Positions 54,904 through 64,000 of a DNA stretch of 64,000 bases are shown piece after piece (the stretch's first letter is position 1; each line of letters starts with the position of its first letter). Source of the stretch: Gemmatimonadales bacterium (GTDB lineage Bacteria > Gemmatimonadota > Gemmatimonadetes > Gemmatimonadales > GWC2-71-9). The position numbers were made by a program, and so were the translations under genes. The stretch covers positions 64,001 through 128,000 of the forward strand of contig JBFJCP010000004.1 of NCBI GenBank assembly GCA_041615815.1, read 5' to 3'. Below the pieces are notes generated by a model. The model saw only the letters and a program-made list of their open reading frames with translations. It was not told where the DNA came from and did not search any database.

Positions 54904-57150
54904 TCACCAAATGAACGTGTGAGTGTACTTGATCAGAAGCACGCGCTGCTGTGAGGCGGGAAGCCGTGGACCGACCACGACGCTCCGCTCGGTGTTGAGC
55001 GTCTCGGTATAGACGATCCAAAGGTCTTGGCCTTCTCGGAAGTTGTAGCGCAGACGTGCATTGAGGTTGACGTCATCGTCAGCACTGTTGTACTGCAGAA
55101 ACGTGGCGAGCGATAGATGAATGTCGAGCGCGGTCTGCACGCGGAGCCGGCCGAGGTGAACATCGAGTGCTTCGTCCCGATCGGGGAAGCGGATGGCATC
55201 GAATTGGTACTCCAGCCCAAGTTCGAGATGGCGAGAGGGATTCCAGGCTGGATTGAATCCCAGCGAGACTCGGCTGCCGTCGTAGAAGCTCCCGGCACTC
55301 ACGGTGAAGCTGGGCCGGAGCCGGGCGGCGCGAGAGGCTTGGACCCGCAGCTCGCCTTCATGGAACCAATAGTTGCCGGGAAGGACGGGCGCACCGTCCG
55401 CCACATCGAACGTCTCCAGCACACTCTCGTAGCTGTTCTTGGCCGTCACCGTGATCTCCGCGCCGTTCTTGAGTTCCGTTTCAAGAGCAGGCTCGATGGA
55501 TGCCGACTCCACGGTGCGGTCTGGGTTGCGGATGACGGTGTGGCCACGGTTCGCGATGCCCATGGTCCGAAACGGCGAGCGCGGCCCGGGGAACCACTGG
55601 TACTGCAGCCGATTCTGCAGTGACGTAAAGTCAGACCGCGTCTGGAAGCCCACGCCAGGGTCGTAGGATTCGCCTGAGCGGATGAATTCGGCGGAGTAGC
55701 TGAACCCGTTCTGGTCCCGCCGCTCCCACCGCGCGAGATAGAGGGCGGCGCTCGGGTCGCCGAACGTCGGGCCGGCCGACGCGGCGGTCTGCGCCCACTT
55801 GAGGATCAGGTACTCGTCTCCCACCACTCGGACACTGGCGTCCACGCCGGTGGCAACGTTGTAATCCCCGTCCTGCGTCACGCGGGTGGTGACCATGCCC
55901 CCGATGGTTGAAAAAGAATTGAACACCTGCCGTCGGAGACGCAGGACGCCGAAGTTCTCCGATGGGAGCCCCTGCGCGGACGCCGTCTGCATCGTGAGGA
56001 ATCCGAGGTCGGTGTTGCCGGCGCGCCCCACGAGGCGAACGCCCCCCAAGAGGCGAATGGGCTCTTCGTCCACCAAGCCGATCCGCCGGCTGTGGAACAG
56101 CCGATCCCTTCCACCGGTGTTGAACTCGAAAATTGCCGAGCGCTCCTGGAAGAACTGGCGTTTCTCTGGGAAGAAGAGCGAAAACCGTGTCAGATTGACC
56201 TGCTGGTCGTCCACCTCGACCTGGGCGAAGTCCGTATTTACCGTGACGTCGAGGGCGAGGTTGTTGGTCGGGCTGTACCGCACGTCCAGCCCAATCTCTC
56301 GCGTCATGTCACGCTCGAACTCGTACTGGCTGGCCCCATCCTCGAGCTGGGCTACCCGATCCACCCCGCCCAACGCGTACGGGGTGACGTAGAGCGGCCG
56401 GTGGCCGTAGACCCCCTCGAGCACGATCCGTTGCGCCTGGGATGGCTTGGCAAAGGCCATGGCCCAGTTGGGGGGGATCGCGGGGAACAGTTGTCGCTCG
56501 TTCTTTCGCGCGATGAAGCGATAGAGAATCATTCCCATTTCCACCCGACCGTTCGAGTCCTGGAATCCCAGGCTCGAGAACGGAATCCGCATCTCCGCAA
56601 ACCATCCATCGTCGTTGTGCGTGGTGGCGGCGTCCCAGAACGTGTTCCAGTCTGCGTTCATGGGCATCCCTCCTCGGAACTCAGCGTCGTTGGAGAGCGA
56701 ACGGTCCGTGCGGGTACCGCCGGGGTTCACCACGAACCAGGATGCGGTCTCATAGTCATTGTACGTGTCCAAGACGATGGCGAGGAGGTCGTCGCCACTG
56801 TACTGATCGCGGTACAGCGTATTGGTGCGGATTCCCCGCGGATTCGAGTCGTAGAGCCGGCCGGACACGTAAAGATGGCTGTCGTTGTGCGCCACCCGGA
56901 TCTCGCTTCGCTCGGTCACGTCGGCACCGAAGGTGGGCGTGAACATCGTCATGGGGAGGGGATCGATGCGGTCCCACGCCGCCTCGTCTGGCATCCCATC
57001 CAGCGTGATGGGATCGGACAGGCGAGGAATGACCATGGGTGCGGACTGCGCCGACCCATAGGACGGCGTCACGAGCATGAGCGCCACCGGCAAGCCGATG
57101 ACCTGCCACCAGTGGCGCGATCGGGAGGGGAGAGGACGACCGATGGGCAC
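54904..57150 (-). CDS. CBM9/DOMON-like plus DUF5916 outer-membrane/secreted protein
   Basis: Motifs LDGMPDEAAW, WFAEMRIPFSSL, NTDFAQVEVD, LFFPEKRQFF and LFHSRRIG, and a beta-barrel-like C-terminus (IKYTHTFIW). The start codon is uncertain. Confidence 0.8.
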   Translation of the reverse strand: MPIGRPLPSRSRHWWQVIGLPVALMLVTPSYGSAQSAPMVIPRLSDPITLDGMPDEAAWDRIDPLPMTMFTPTFGADVTERSEIRVAHNDSHLYVSGRLYDSNPRGIRTNTLYRDQYSGDDLLAIVLDTYNDYETASWFVVNPGGTRTDRSLSNDAEFRGGMPMNADWNTFWDAATTHNDDGWFAEMRIPFSSLGFQDSNGRVEMGMILYRFIARKNERQLFPAIPPNWAMAFAKPSQAQRIVLEGVYGHRPLYVTPYALGGVDRVAQLEDGASQYEFERDMTREIGLDVRYSPTNNLALDVTVNTDFAQVEVDDQQVNLTRFSLFFPEKRQFFQERSAIFEFNTGGRDRLFHSRRIGLVDEEPIRLLGGVRLVGRAGNTDLGFLTMQTASAQGLPSENFGVLRLRRQVFNSFSTIGGMVTTRVTQDGDYNVATGVDASVRVVGDEYLILKWAQTAASAGPTFGDPSAALYLARWERRDQNGFSYSAEFIRSGESYDPGVGFQTRSDFTSLQNRLQYQWFPGPRSPFRTMGIANRGHTVIRNPDRTVESASIEPALETELKNGAEITVTAKNSYESVLETFDVADGAPVLPGNYWFHEGELRVQASRAARLRPSFTVSAGSFYDGSRVSLGFNPAWNPSRHLELGLEYQFDAIRFPDRDEALDVHLGRLRVQTALDIHLSLATFLQYNSADDDVNLNARLRYNFREGQDLWIVYTETLNTERSVVVGPRLPASQQRVLLIKYTHTFIW

Positions 57151-57309
57151 GAGCGAATTATCACCCCTTCGCGAGGGAGGCGCTACGGGGACCTCGGTGA
57201 ACCGGGGTTGACAGTGCCGATGTGGTAGTGTCACTTGAGCTTCCTTACACCATTTACCGGATCCGCGAGGTGCTCGGGACCGAGGCCCTCCGGAAGGGAC
57301 CCGTCGCTC

Positions 57310-59181
57310 ATGCGCCTGCTGCTCATCAACCCGCGGTTCCCCGAAAGCTTTTGGAGCTTCAAGTGGGCGATGGATCGGGTCCTGCCTGGACGCAAGACCG
57401 TGAATCCTCCGCTCGGACTCGCCACGCTGGCCGCGCTCTGTCCCCCCCATTGGGAAGTGAGCATCGTCGACGAGAACGTCGAGCCTATTCCGCTGAAGCC
57501 CGAGGTGGACATCGTGGGGATCTGCGGCATGGGCGTGCAGTTTCCTCGACAGAAAGAGCTCCTCGCCTACTACAAGCAACAAGGGTACTACGTCGTCGCG
57601 GGAGGCAGCTACGCGTCGCTCCTGCCCGAAGAGTACGAGTCTCAGGCGAACACCGTGGTGTCGGGAGAGGCCGAGCACATTTGGCCGCAGTTTTGCGTGG
57701 ACTACGAGGCGGGACAGGCCCAACCGCTGTACCACGAAAAGGGTGAAGTGGATCTGGCCGATTCACCAGTCCCGCGGTTCGATCTCCTCCAGCTGGATCG
57801 CTATCAAGCGGTGAGTCTGCAATTTTCCCGCGGCTGCCCTTTCCGGTGCGAATTCTGCGACATCATCGTGATGTTCGGCCGCAAGCCGAGGACCAAGCCC
57901 TTCGAGCAGGTGGGGAAAGAGCTGGATACGCTCCGCGGTCTCGGAGTGCGGAAAGTCTTTTTCGTGGACGACAATCTCATTGGCAACAAACCGGTGGCCA
58001 AGCAACTCCTTCGGTACTTGGCGGAGTATCAACGGGAGCACCGCTACCGGTTCGAGTTCGGGACCGAGGCTTCGCTCAATCTCGCGCAGGATGCAGAGCT
58101 GCTCGACCTTTTCCGAAAGGCCAACTTCGGATGGGTGTTCATTGGCATCGAATCGCCGGACGAGGAGAGTCTCAAGGAGACGCTGAAGTTCCAGAATACC
58201 CGGCAGGACATCCTTACGTCGGTCCGGACCGTCTACCGACACGGGATCGACATCCTCGCCGGCTTCATCATCGGGTTCGATCACGACACGGTCGACACGT
58301 TCGAACGCCAGTACCAGTTCATCACGCAGTCGGGGATCCAAGCGTCGATGATCGGCCTGCTCCAAGCCACGCCCCGGACCCCACTGTACGACCGGCTCGC
58401 CAAAGACGGACGGCTCATCCCGCACGCCACGCATACGGATAATTCAAGGCTCGGCACCAACGTGATCCCCAAGGGCATGGCGTACGACGAGATGGTTGAA
58501 GGATACCGGACACTCCACTATCGACTCTTCTCGGATGCTGGGATCGCTGCCCGGATTCGGAACAAGCTGAAGTATCTTACGAACAAGGTGGCCGGCAACA
58601 GCTTTTCGGTGGCAGTGACGCTCGGCATCCTCTACCGCTTCATCGTCCGCGGGCTCCTCCCCGGAGGGCCCCGACGGCTCTACCACTTCCTGCGCTCGCT
58701 CCGGTGGACTCGGCCCAGCCTGCTGATCCAGGTGATTGACGATTGGGTGCTGGGCCTGGCGATGCGTGATTACATCGACCGGCACTTCCGGGGCGTCGAG
58801 GACTCAGCCTGGCAGCTGTTACGACAGCGAGTCCGAGCTATGGAGAAGGCGCTCAGACGCTACCGCGAGGCGGGGGCCCTGGAAGTCTCCCTGAGCGAGG
58901 TGCGAAGTGCGGCGACGGTGCTGTCGCTGCGAATGCGGGGTTGGCTCGATCGGCGTTTCTTTGCGCGGGCCGCCCGGCATCTCGAACAAGTGCTCCAAGA
59001 CACGCGGTCGTCCGTCACGTTGCACATCGACCAGATTCACGTGGCGCAGGTCCACCACCTGCAACGGCTCTTGCGACGGCTTTCGCGCTATGGGGATCGG
59101 ATCCGGATCACCGTGCACGAGACAGTTCGCGAGGTCGTCGAGGTCGACTCGTCGGTGTTCAACCTCTCGTTCGAGGCCTAG
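57310..59181 (+). CDS. cobalamin-binding radical SAM protein (HpnP/DUF4070-like) with extra C-terminal domain
   Basis: Motifs PPLGLATLAA, DENVE, GGSYAS, SRGCPFRCEFC, FFVDDN, FIGIES and GFIIGFD. Confidence 0.9.
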   Translation: MRLLLINPRFPESFWSFKWAMDRVLPGRKTVNPPLGLATLAALCPPHWEVSIVDENVEPIPLKPEVDIVGICGMGVQFPRQKELLAYYKQQGYYVVAGGSYASLLPEEYESQANTVVSGEAEHIWPQFCVDYEAGQAQPLYHEKGEVDLADSPVPRFDLLQLDRYQAVSLQFSRGCPFRCEFCDIIVMFGRKPRTKPFEQVGKELDTLRGLGVRKVFFVDDNLIGNKPVAKQLLRYLAEYQREHRYRFEFGTEASLNLAQDAELLDLFRKANFGWVFIGIESPDEESLKETLKFQNTRQDILTSVRTVYRHGIDILAGFIIGFDHDTVDTFERQYQFITQSGIQASMIGLLQATPRTPLYDRLAKDGRLIPHATHTDNSRLGTNVIPKGMAYDEMVEGYRTLHYRLFSDAGIAARIRNKLKYLTNKVAGNSFSVAVTLGILYRFIVRGLLPGGPRRLYHFLRSLRWTRPSLLIQVIDDWVLGLAMRDYIDRHFRGVEDSAWQLLRQRVRAMEKALRRYREAGALEVSLSEVRSAATVLSLRMRGWLDRRFFARAARHLEQVLQDTRSSVTLHIDQIHVAQVHHLQRLLRRLSRYGDRIRITVHETVREVVEVDSSVFNLSFEA

Positions 59182-59319
59182 CGCTCGGCGCCCGGTACCT
59201 GCCCCCGGGCCAGATCGCGTATACCTCCATCATCAAGGTAGAGACGGTAGCGGGGTCACCCACTCGCCGGACCGATCGCGAACTCGTACATTGGGGCATC
59301 ACTCACGCGGAGATACGGA

Positions 59320-59535
59320 ATGGCCGTGACTCAGAAAACGAGCGTGCTGGCAGTTGCTGGCTCTTATTGGATCGGCGTGGTCCTCGTAGTGCTGATCGTG
59401 AGCGGCACCGCCTTTCCAGCGTTTCGCGATTTCGTGGCGTCGCTCAATCTGTTCAGCTATCTCGGTCTGTGGGTGTTGGCGTTGCTACCGGGCCTCATCA
59501 TGATCGCCGTGTCCGGAGAGCTGACCAAAGCCTAG
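59320..59535 (+). CDS. small hypothetical 2-TM membrane protein
   Basis: GGAG RBS and two hydrophobic segments. Confidence 0.55.
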   Translation: MAVTQKTSVLAVAGSYWIGVVLVVLIVSGTAFPAFRDFVASLNLFSYLGLWVLALLPGLIMIAVSGELTKA

Positions 59536-59792
59536 GGCTGGCGCCGAGATCACGCCCCCTTTAGGTTTCAGGCAGCGGGAAACCGGCTGCGAGACAGCGG
59601 TTCCCATTCCAGCGAACGTGACGGGGGCCTGGATTCAGCCAGGCCCTTTGTACATTGGAAACGCCACGCCGCCGGCGAGGAAGGCGGCAACCCAACGCGG
59701 GGGTCAGGATACCGCGGAGAACGCAGATGAGTCGGTTAGGACGGTACATGCCGGACTCCGATCCCATCGGCACAACACAAGGAGTTCGGTAC

Positions 59793-60002
59793 ATGCGTAC
59801 CAAAGGAACCGTGAAGTGGTTCAACGACAGCAAGGGATTCGGCTTCATCACGCCGGCAGACGGCCAGGCCGATTGCTTCGTCCATCACAGTGCTATCTCT
59901 GGCGAAGGCTTCAAGTCGCTCCGAGAGGGTGAGCAGGTGGAGTTCGACGTCGTGGCGGGCAAGAAGGGCCCGGCGGCGGAGCATGTCGTTGTAGTCCAGT
60001 AA
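59793..60002 (+). CDS. csp: cold-shock protein (CspA family)
   Basis: Motifs GTVKWFN, KGFGFI, FVHHS and GKKGPAA. AAGGAG RBS. Confidence 0.97.
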   Translation: MRTKGTVKWFNDSKGFGFITPADGQADCFVHHSAISGEGFKSLREGEQVEFDVVAGKKGPAAEHVVVVQ

Positions 60003-60027
60003 CGGACGGCCGCCCTATCGGCGGTTC

Positions 60028-60063
60028 AAGGCGGTCGGGGTCACCCGGCCGCCTTCGTTTTTT
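60028..60063 (+). terminator. intrinsic terminator after csp
   Basis: AAGGCGGTCGGG-GTCA-CCCGGCCGCCTT-CGTTTTTT. Confidence 0.85.
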
Positions 60064-60573
60064 CTGCAGTGGTGTTGAGGCCTTACGTGGCCCGCTCGGT
60101 CTGATTGCTCCCCGACACGATCCGTCCCACTCGCTGACCCCGCGATCCCGCCCCCACCAAACGGCCCACCCCAGGGGTTGATGGGAGCCTTCCCGCGCTC
60201 TTCAGCCGCGTCGTCACGTCGGCGGCTCTGCAACACTGTGTTGCCGGGTCGGCAGCGGTTCTGGATTGGGAGATGCGCCGCTGACGTCCCGGTGTCGTTG
60301 GGCGGCGTCCATCGTAGCGACTATGCGGCGCCGACGCCCTCAGCATTGCGGGTCGCCCAAGTCCGGTTGCTACCCGTAGTTGCCCCTGTCGCGGCGCGCG
60401 GGTCCGTTGGTGGCTTGGCGCGGTGTATCGCGCGTACCGCAGTAGCGATTGCCTCACCGGTCCCATTCTGTGCGCGCGAATCGTGCTGGCACACCTCGGG
60501 CCCGGGGTTTGCAGATAAAGCGCGCAAAGACACCATGTTATACCAACGCAACATCTCGATCCGTGAGAAGGGT

Positions 60574-61026
60574 ATGACGGATCTCGAGGTCGCCCGAGAG
60601 TTGGTCCGCGAAGGGCTGACGGCGCTCCACCCAAAGAGTGGGCTGCCGAACTATTTTCGTGCGGAGCTCGCGTTTCGTGAGGCCGTCGCGTTGCTGCGCG
60701 GCACCGAGCAGGAGACCGGTCTCTTGCTCGTCGTGGCCTATGACAACCTTGCCTGGGCGTGTGACGCGCAGGGAAGGGAAGCCGATGCCGAGTCGTTCTA
60801 TCTCCGCTCGCTCGCAGCGCAGCAAGCGGCCGATTGGCCACCTGTGGTCTGCGACGAGCTCACGCTCCTCAAGCTGTCCCAACTGTATGCCCGGCAAGGC
60901 AACCTCGAAATGCAACGCGCAACCCTCCGAAAGATGCGCTCACAGACCGAGTGCAGTTGTAAGCGTTCCGCCACGGCATTCGAGGGCAATCCCGATCTCG
61001 AACGGGTCGCCGGCCTCTTGAAGTAA
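60574..61026 (+). CDS. TPR-like protein (paralog 1)
   Basis: AYDNLAWACDAQG...AESFYLRSLA and TLLKLSQLYARQG. Alternative start at 60535. Confidence 0.65.
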   Translation: MTDLEVARELVREGLTALHPKSGLPNYFRAELAFREAVALLRGTEQETGLLLVVAYDNLAWACDAQGREADAESFYLRSLAAQQAADWPPVVCDELTLLKLSQLYARQGNLEMQRATLRKMRSQTECSCKRSATAFEGNPDLERVAGLLK

Positions 61027-61207
61027 GTCTCGCCACCACCGGCCCGGGCGGCGATCGCCGCTCACGCCGCCTTCCATCACCATTCCCGCCTGCACGGATC
61101 ACGTCGCGTCGATCGGGTCCGACGAGGGCGCGCGTCGTTCTCGCTCGGCAGGGTGGCCCACGCCTTGCCCATACACATGGGTGGACACCCAACCATAGGG
61201 GCTGACG

Positions 61208-61705
61208 TTGCCGCAGAACAACAACCCGAATCCCGCGCCGCTCGCCGAAGCCGAGCGACTCATCCGTGCCGGGCGCGCCCTCCTGGCTTGGGCGGGGGAG
61301 GGGACGCGTCACGGTAACTATGCCGAGGCCGAACGGTGTTTCCACCGGGCCCTAGACATCCTGCGGGAGTCGGTGGGTGACGGGCATCCACAGCTGGCCC
61401 TCGTGTGGGATCGCTTGGCCGTGCTCTATGAGGAATTGGGTGACAGCGAGGAGGCGGAGACCTGCTACCTCCGCTCCCTCGCAACCCAACAGGCGGCCGG
61501 CTGGGAGTCGTCCGTCTATCAGGAACGCACGCTGTTGCGATTGGCCCAATTGTACGGACGCATGGCCAAGCACGAGTTACAGAGCGCGGTGCTTCATTGT
61601 ATTCCGCCCACGGACGCCGCCGGTGTCGGTGTCGTTCCCACGACACGGTCTGCCGCATCCACGCGCCAGCGGGGCCAAAGCCGTTGGCGGGAGCGAAGCG
61701 CGTAA
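61208..61705 (+). CDS. tetratricopeptide-repeat protein (paralog 2)
   Basis: GNYAEAERCFHRALDI...GHPQLA..WDRLAVLY..LG..EEAETCYLRSL (kinesin-light-chain-like TPR). Confidence 0.75.
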   Translation: MPQNNNPNPAPLAEAERLIRAGRALLAWAGEGTRHGNYAEAERCFHRALDILRESVGDGHPQLALVWDRLAVLYEELGDSEEAETCYLRSLATQQAAGWESSVYQERTLLRLAQLYGRMAKHELQSAVLHCIPPTDAAGVGVVPTTRSAASTRQRGQSRWRERSA

Positions 61706-61825
61706 CGTCCTGACGCCGCGCACGTATGGCCGGCGGGCGAGCCGTCGCTCGCCGCTCCTCCGCTGTCTGTAATACTCCCCATATCACTTCCGGCTGTCGC
61801 TTGCGCCGCGGCCCTTGTCGAGTCG

Positions 61826-63043
61826 GTGTCCGAGGCCGTATACACCTCGAACACGTACGATCCTCGAGACCACGGCACCGACCGGGAGACCCTGATGACC
61901 GAGACTGCCTTCAACCCCGAGCGCTTCCGCAAGCTGTTCTTGTTGGCGCTGGCTGTGGGGATCTCGCTCGTGTTCCTCGCGATGATACGCGACTTTCTCA
62001 CGGCTTTGCTGCTGGCCGCGATCCTCAGCGGCATGTTCCATCCGCTCTATCGCCGCTTGTTTGGCTTCTTCAAGGGGAAACGGGCCATGGCCTCGGGGGT
62101 CACGGTGGCGATTGCCCTGCTCATCATCATTCTGCCTCTCACCGCCTTTTTGGGGATCGTGGCCGCGCAGGCGGTGCAGTTCAGTGGAGAGGTGCGGCCG
62201 TGGGTGGAGCGGCAGGTGAGCGAGCCATCGCGACTCGATAACCTGATCGAGCGACTGCCGTTCTTCGAGGTGATCCGGCCGTACCGCGATCAGATCCTCT
62301 CCAAAGCAGGTGAGCTGGCAGGAAGGGTGGGGACGTTCGTGGTGGGGATTCTGGCAGCCACCGCTCGGGGCACCGCCGCGTTCTTCTTTCTGCTGTTTGT
62401 GATGCTCTACGCGATGTTCTTCTTTCTGATGGATGGACGTAGCGTGTTGAACAAGATCCTGTACTACATGCCGCTTACCCCCGATCAGGAGAACCGGATG
62501 GTGGACAAGTTCGTTTCCGTGTCACGGGCGACGATGAAGGGAACGCTCGTGATCGGCATTCTCCAGGGCGCGCTCGCCGGAGCAGCGTTCTGGGTGTTGG
62601 GGCTCGACGCACCGGCGTTTTGGGGTGCGGTGATGGCCGTCCTTTCCATCATTCCGGGTCTGGGAACGGCACTCGTGTGGGTGCCGGCCGTCATCCTGCT
62701 CCTCGTGGGTGGCAGGATCGCCGCTGGGGTGGGGCTGGCCCTCTGGTGCGGCGCCCTCGTGGGCACCGTGGACAATTTTCTCCGACCATACCTCGTGGGT
62801 CGAGACACCAAGATGCCCGATCTGCTGATTCTGCTGTCGACCTTGGGCGGGATCGTGCTCTTCGGCGCCGTGGGGATCGTCATCGGTCCTATCGTGGCCG
62901 CGCTGTTCGTGACCGTGTGGGATATCTATGGCACGGCCTTCAAGGACCTCCTCCCGGCGGTGGAGCCCATCCCCGTGCTCGAGCCGCCCCGCAAGACCAC
63001 CCCGCGCAAGAAGCCCAAACCGAAGCACGGGGAAGGAGGTTAG
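61826..63043 (+). CDS. AI-2E family (PerM/YdiK-like) transporter
   Basis: Motifs FFFLMDG, IIPGLGTALVWVP, DNFLRP and LGGIVLFGAVGIVIGP. Start at 61826 (GTG) or 61895. Confidence 0.92.
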   Translation: MSEAVYTSNTYDPRDHGTDRETLMTETAFNPERFRKLFLLALAVGISLVFLAMIRDFLTALLLAAILSGMFHPLYRRLFGFFKGKRAMASGVTVAIALLIIILPLTAFLGIVAAQAVQFSGEVRPWVERQVSEPSRLDNLIERLPFFEVIRPYRDQILSKAGELAGRVGTFVVGILAATARGTAAFFFLLFVMLYAMFFFLMDGRSVLNKILYYMPLTPDQENRMVDKFVSVSRATMKGTLVIGILQGALAGAAFWVLGLDAPAFWGAVMAVLSIIPGLGTALVWVPAVILLLVGGRIAAGVGLALWCGALVGTVDNFLRPYLVGRDTKMPDLLILLSTLGGIVLFGAVGIVIGPIVAALFVTVWDIYGTAFKDLLPAVEPIPVLEPPRKTTPRKKPKPKHGEGG

Positions 63044-64000
63044 AACGTCCCCTCGCGCACCTGGTGACGCGTGAGGTCCTTGCGAAGCGCCACCACCTGC
63101 TCGACCTGGACCGGTTCATTCTCGGGCAGCGGCGCGTCGCCTTTTTCCTTCCCGAGCTGGAACACGCTCTTCACTTTCTGGAGCAGCCCCGAGCCATCCA
63201 GCGCTTTCTCCCCCTCAGCGTAGTAGTCGAACCACGGCAATTCCGCGGCTGCGTATTCCCGGGCCGTGGGTGGCGGCGTGGGCGGAGACTCGCCCGTGAT
63301 CGCGCGCCAGACGAGCGAGTTGGCGATGTGGACGAAGCACCGGCTGCTGTGTCCCAGCTCCCAATCGTCCAAGTCGAATCGGTCTTCGAAGATCTCCTGC
63401 CGCATGCGGCCGCCGGCGCCGATGCCCATGTCGGGCCGCGCGCTGGCTCCCGTGGTCGCGAGCGTCATACTGAACAACCCCGTACTCATGACCCGGGGCT
63501 CGGCCGCTATCACCGAGCCGAATAGCCGCTCGTAGGCCATTCGCTTCATCGGATGCGCCACGATCTGTACTCCGCCGAATTCGGCTTCTCCGGTGAGCTG
63601 CTCTTCGGCCGAGTAGCCACTCCCCAGGGGCATCGCCACGAACTGCCGGATCACTCCTTTCTCGACGCAGTAACCGTCCAGCCATGGCTGGTTGGGGACG
63701 ACGAGATAATCCTGCGGGTGGCGCCGGAGCTCCGTCTCGAAGGCCTTGCCCGTGACGGCGTTGATCTTGCCCGCCGATACCTTGAGCGCGAAAGGGTACT
63801 GGCCGTGAAAGTTGATCCACATCGCTTCCGACTGATACATCGGTAGCATCACGCCACCATGCTCGATCCAACGCCCCGGCACCCGAGCGGCGTGGTCGTC
63901 CACGTGAAGAACCGTGAATCTCCCGAGCCCCGGAGGAAGCGGGTACTGCTTTCCGTCATCCGGAATCCGCAGCGTCCGCTGGAACTCCAACCGCATGGAG
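63040..64000 (-). CDS. conserved hypothetical protein, probably 5'-truncated by the window edge
   Basis: Motifs FQRTLRIPDD..YPLPPGLG, PMYQSEAMW, QDYLVVP.QPWLDG, RQFVAMPLG.GY..E.Q.TG, GAGG.M.Q.I..D and LPWFDYY. The frame stays open to position 64000. Confidence 0.75.
   Translation of the reverse strand, partial: SMRLEFQRTLRIPDDGKQYPLPPGLGRFTVLHVDDHAARVPGRWIEHGGVMLPMYQSEAMWINFHGQYPFALKVSAGKINAVTGKAFETELRRHPQDYLVVPNQPWLDGYCVEKGVIRQFVAMPLGSGYSAEEQLTGEAEFGGVQIVAHPMKRMAYERLFGSVIAAEPRVMSTGLFSMTLATTGASARPDMGIGAGGRMRQEIFEDRFDLDDWELGHSSRCFVHIANSLVWRAITGESPPTPPPTAREYAAAELPWFDYYAEGEKALDGSGLLQKVKSVFQLGKEKGDAPLPENEPVQVEQVVALRKDLTRHQVREGTF

Noticed and set aside
2484..57735. N-terminal extensions in the ORF track (e.g. 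aceB from 4223, dsrE2 from 13748, allB from 30272, FGE from 54565, DUF5916 from 57735)
   Set aside because: The extensions overlap neighbouring genes or promoters and lack family similarity. Starts were reassigned using RBS or -10 position and domain boundaries.
57310..59181. hpnP (hopanoid C-2 methylase) gene symbol
   Set aside because: The similarity is family-level only and there are no hopanoid genes in context.

Overview
GC-rich bacterial chromosomal window that is almost fully coding. The gene repertoire suggests Gemmatimonadota (inference only). No rRNA, tRNA, CRISPR array, transposase or integrase was recognised. From left to right: (1) ypdA-like flavin disulfide reductase, the glyoxylate shunt genes aceB-aceA, and a YbaK-type deacylase. 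(2) A ~10 kb sulfur-handling island: dsrE2-like, tusA, persulfide dioxygenase, tandem rhodanese and ArsR, followed by a fused 4Fe-4S/NrfD protein, a Tat-less DMSO-reductase-family molybdoenzyme and a TorD-type chaperone, with a divergent SulP transporter. (3) A purine catabolism region: a three-subunit xanthine-dehydrogenase-family enzyme, a CitE/malate-synthase-like unknown, an MFS transporter, and allB-alc-uraD-uraH-puuD, interrupted by two AmmeMemoRadiSam genes. (4) A MacAB-like ABC exporter. (5) A 1438-aa surface protein with 12 Cys-paired repeats and a C-terminal metallophosphoesterase. (6) aceK, two M28 peptidases, and a DAACS transporter next to a class V PLP enzyme. (7) An R2lox-like dimetal oxidase, an ABM-like protein, DinB and a split aconitase X in one co-oriented run. 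(8) A MarR unit with two identical palindromic operators, an FGE-sulfatase-domain lipoprotein, a DUF5916-like protein, a B12 radical SAM enzyme, a cold-shock protein, two paralogous TPR proteins, an AI-2E transporter and a truncated conserved hypothetical gene. The best candidate for an undescribed system is the sulfur island, which looks like a split cst-type persulfide-processing module wired to a cytoplasm-facing Mo-bisPGD/quinone complex. All family assignments come from motif recognition by eye; no database searches were run.
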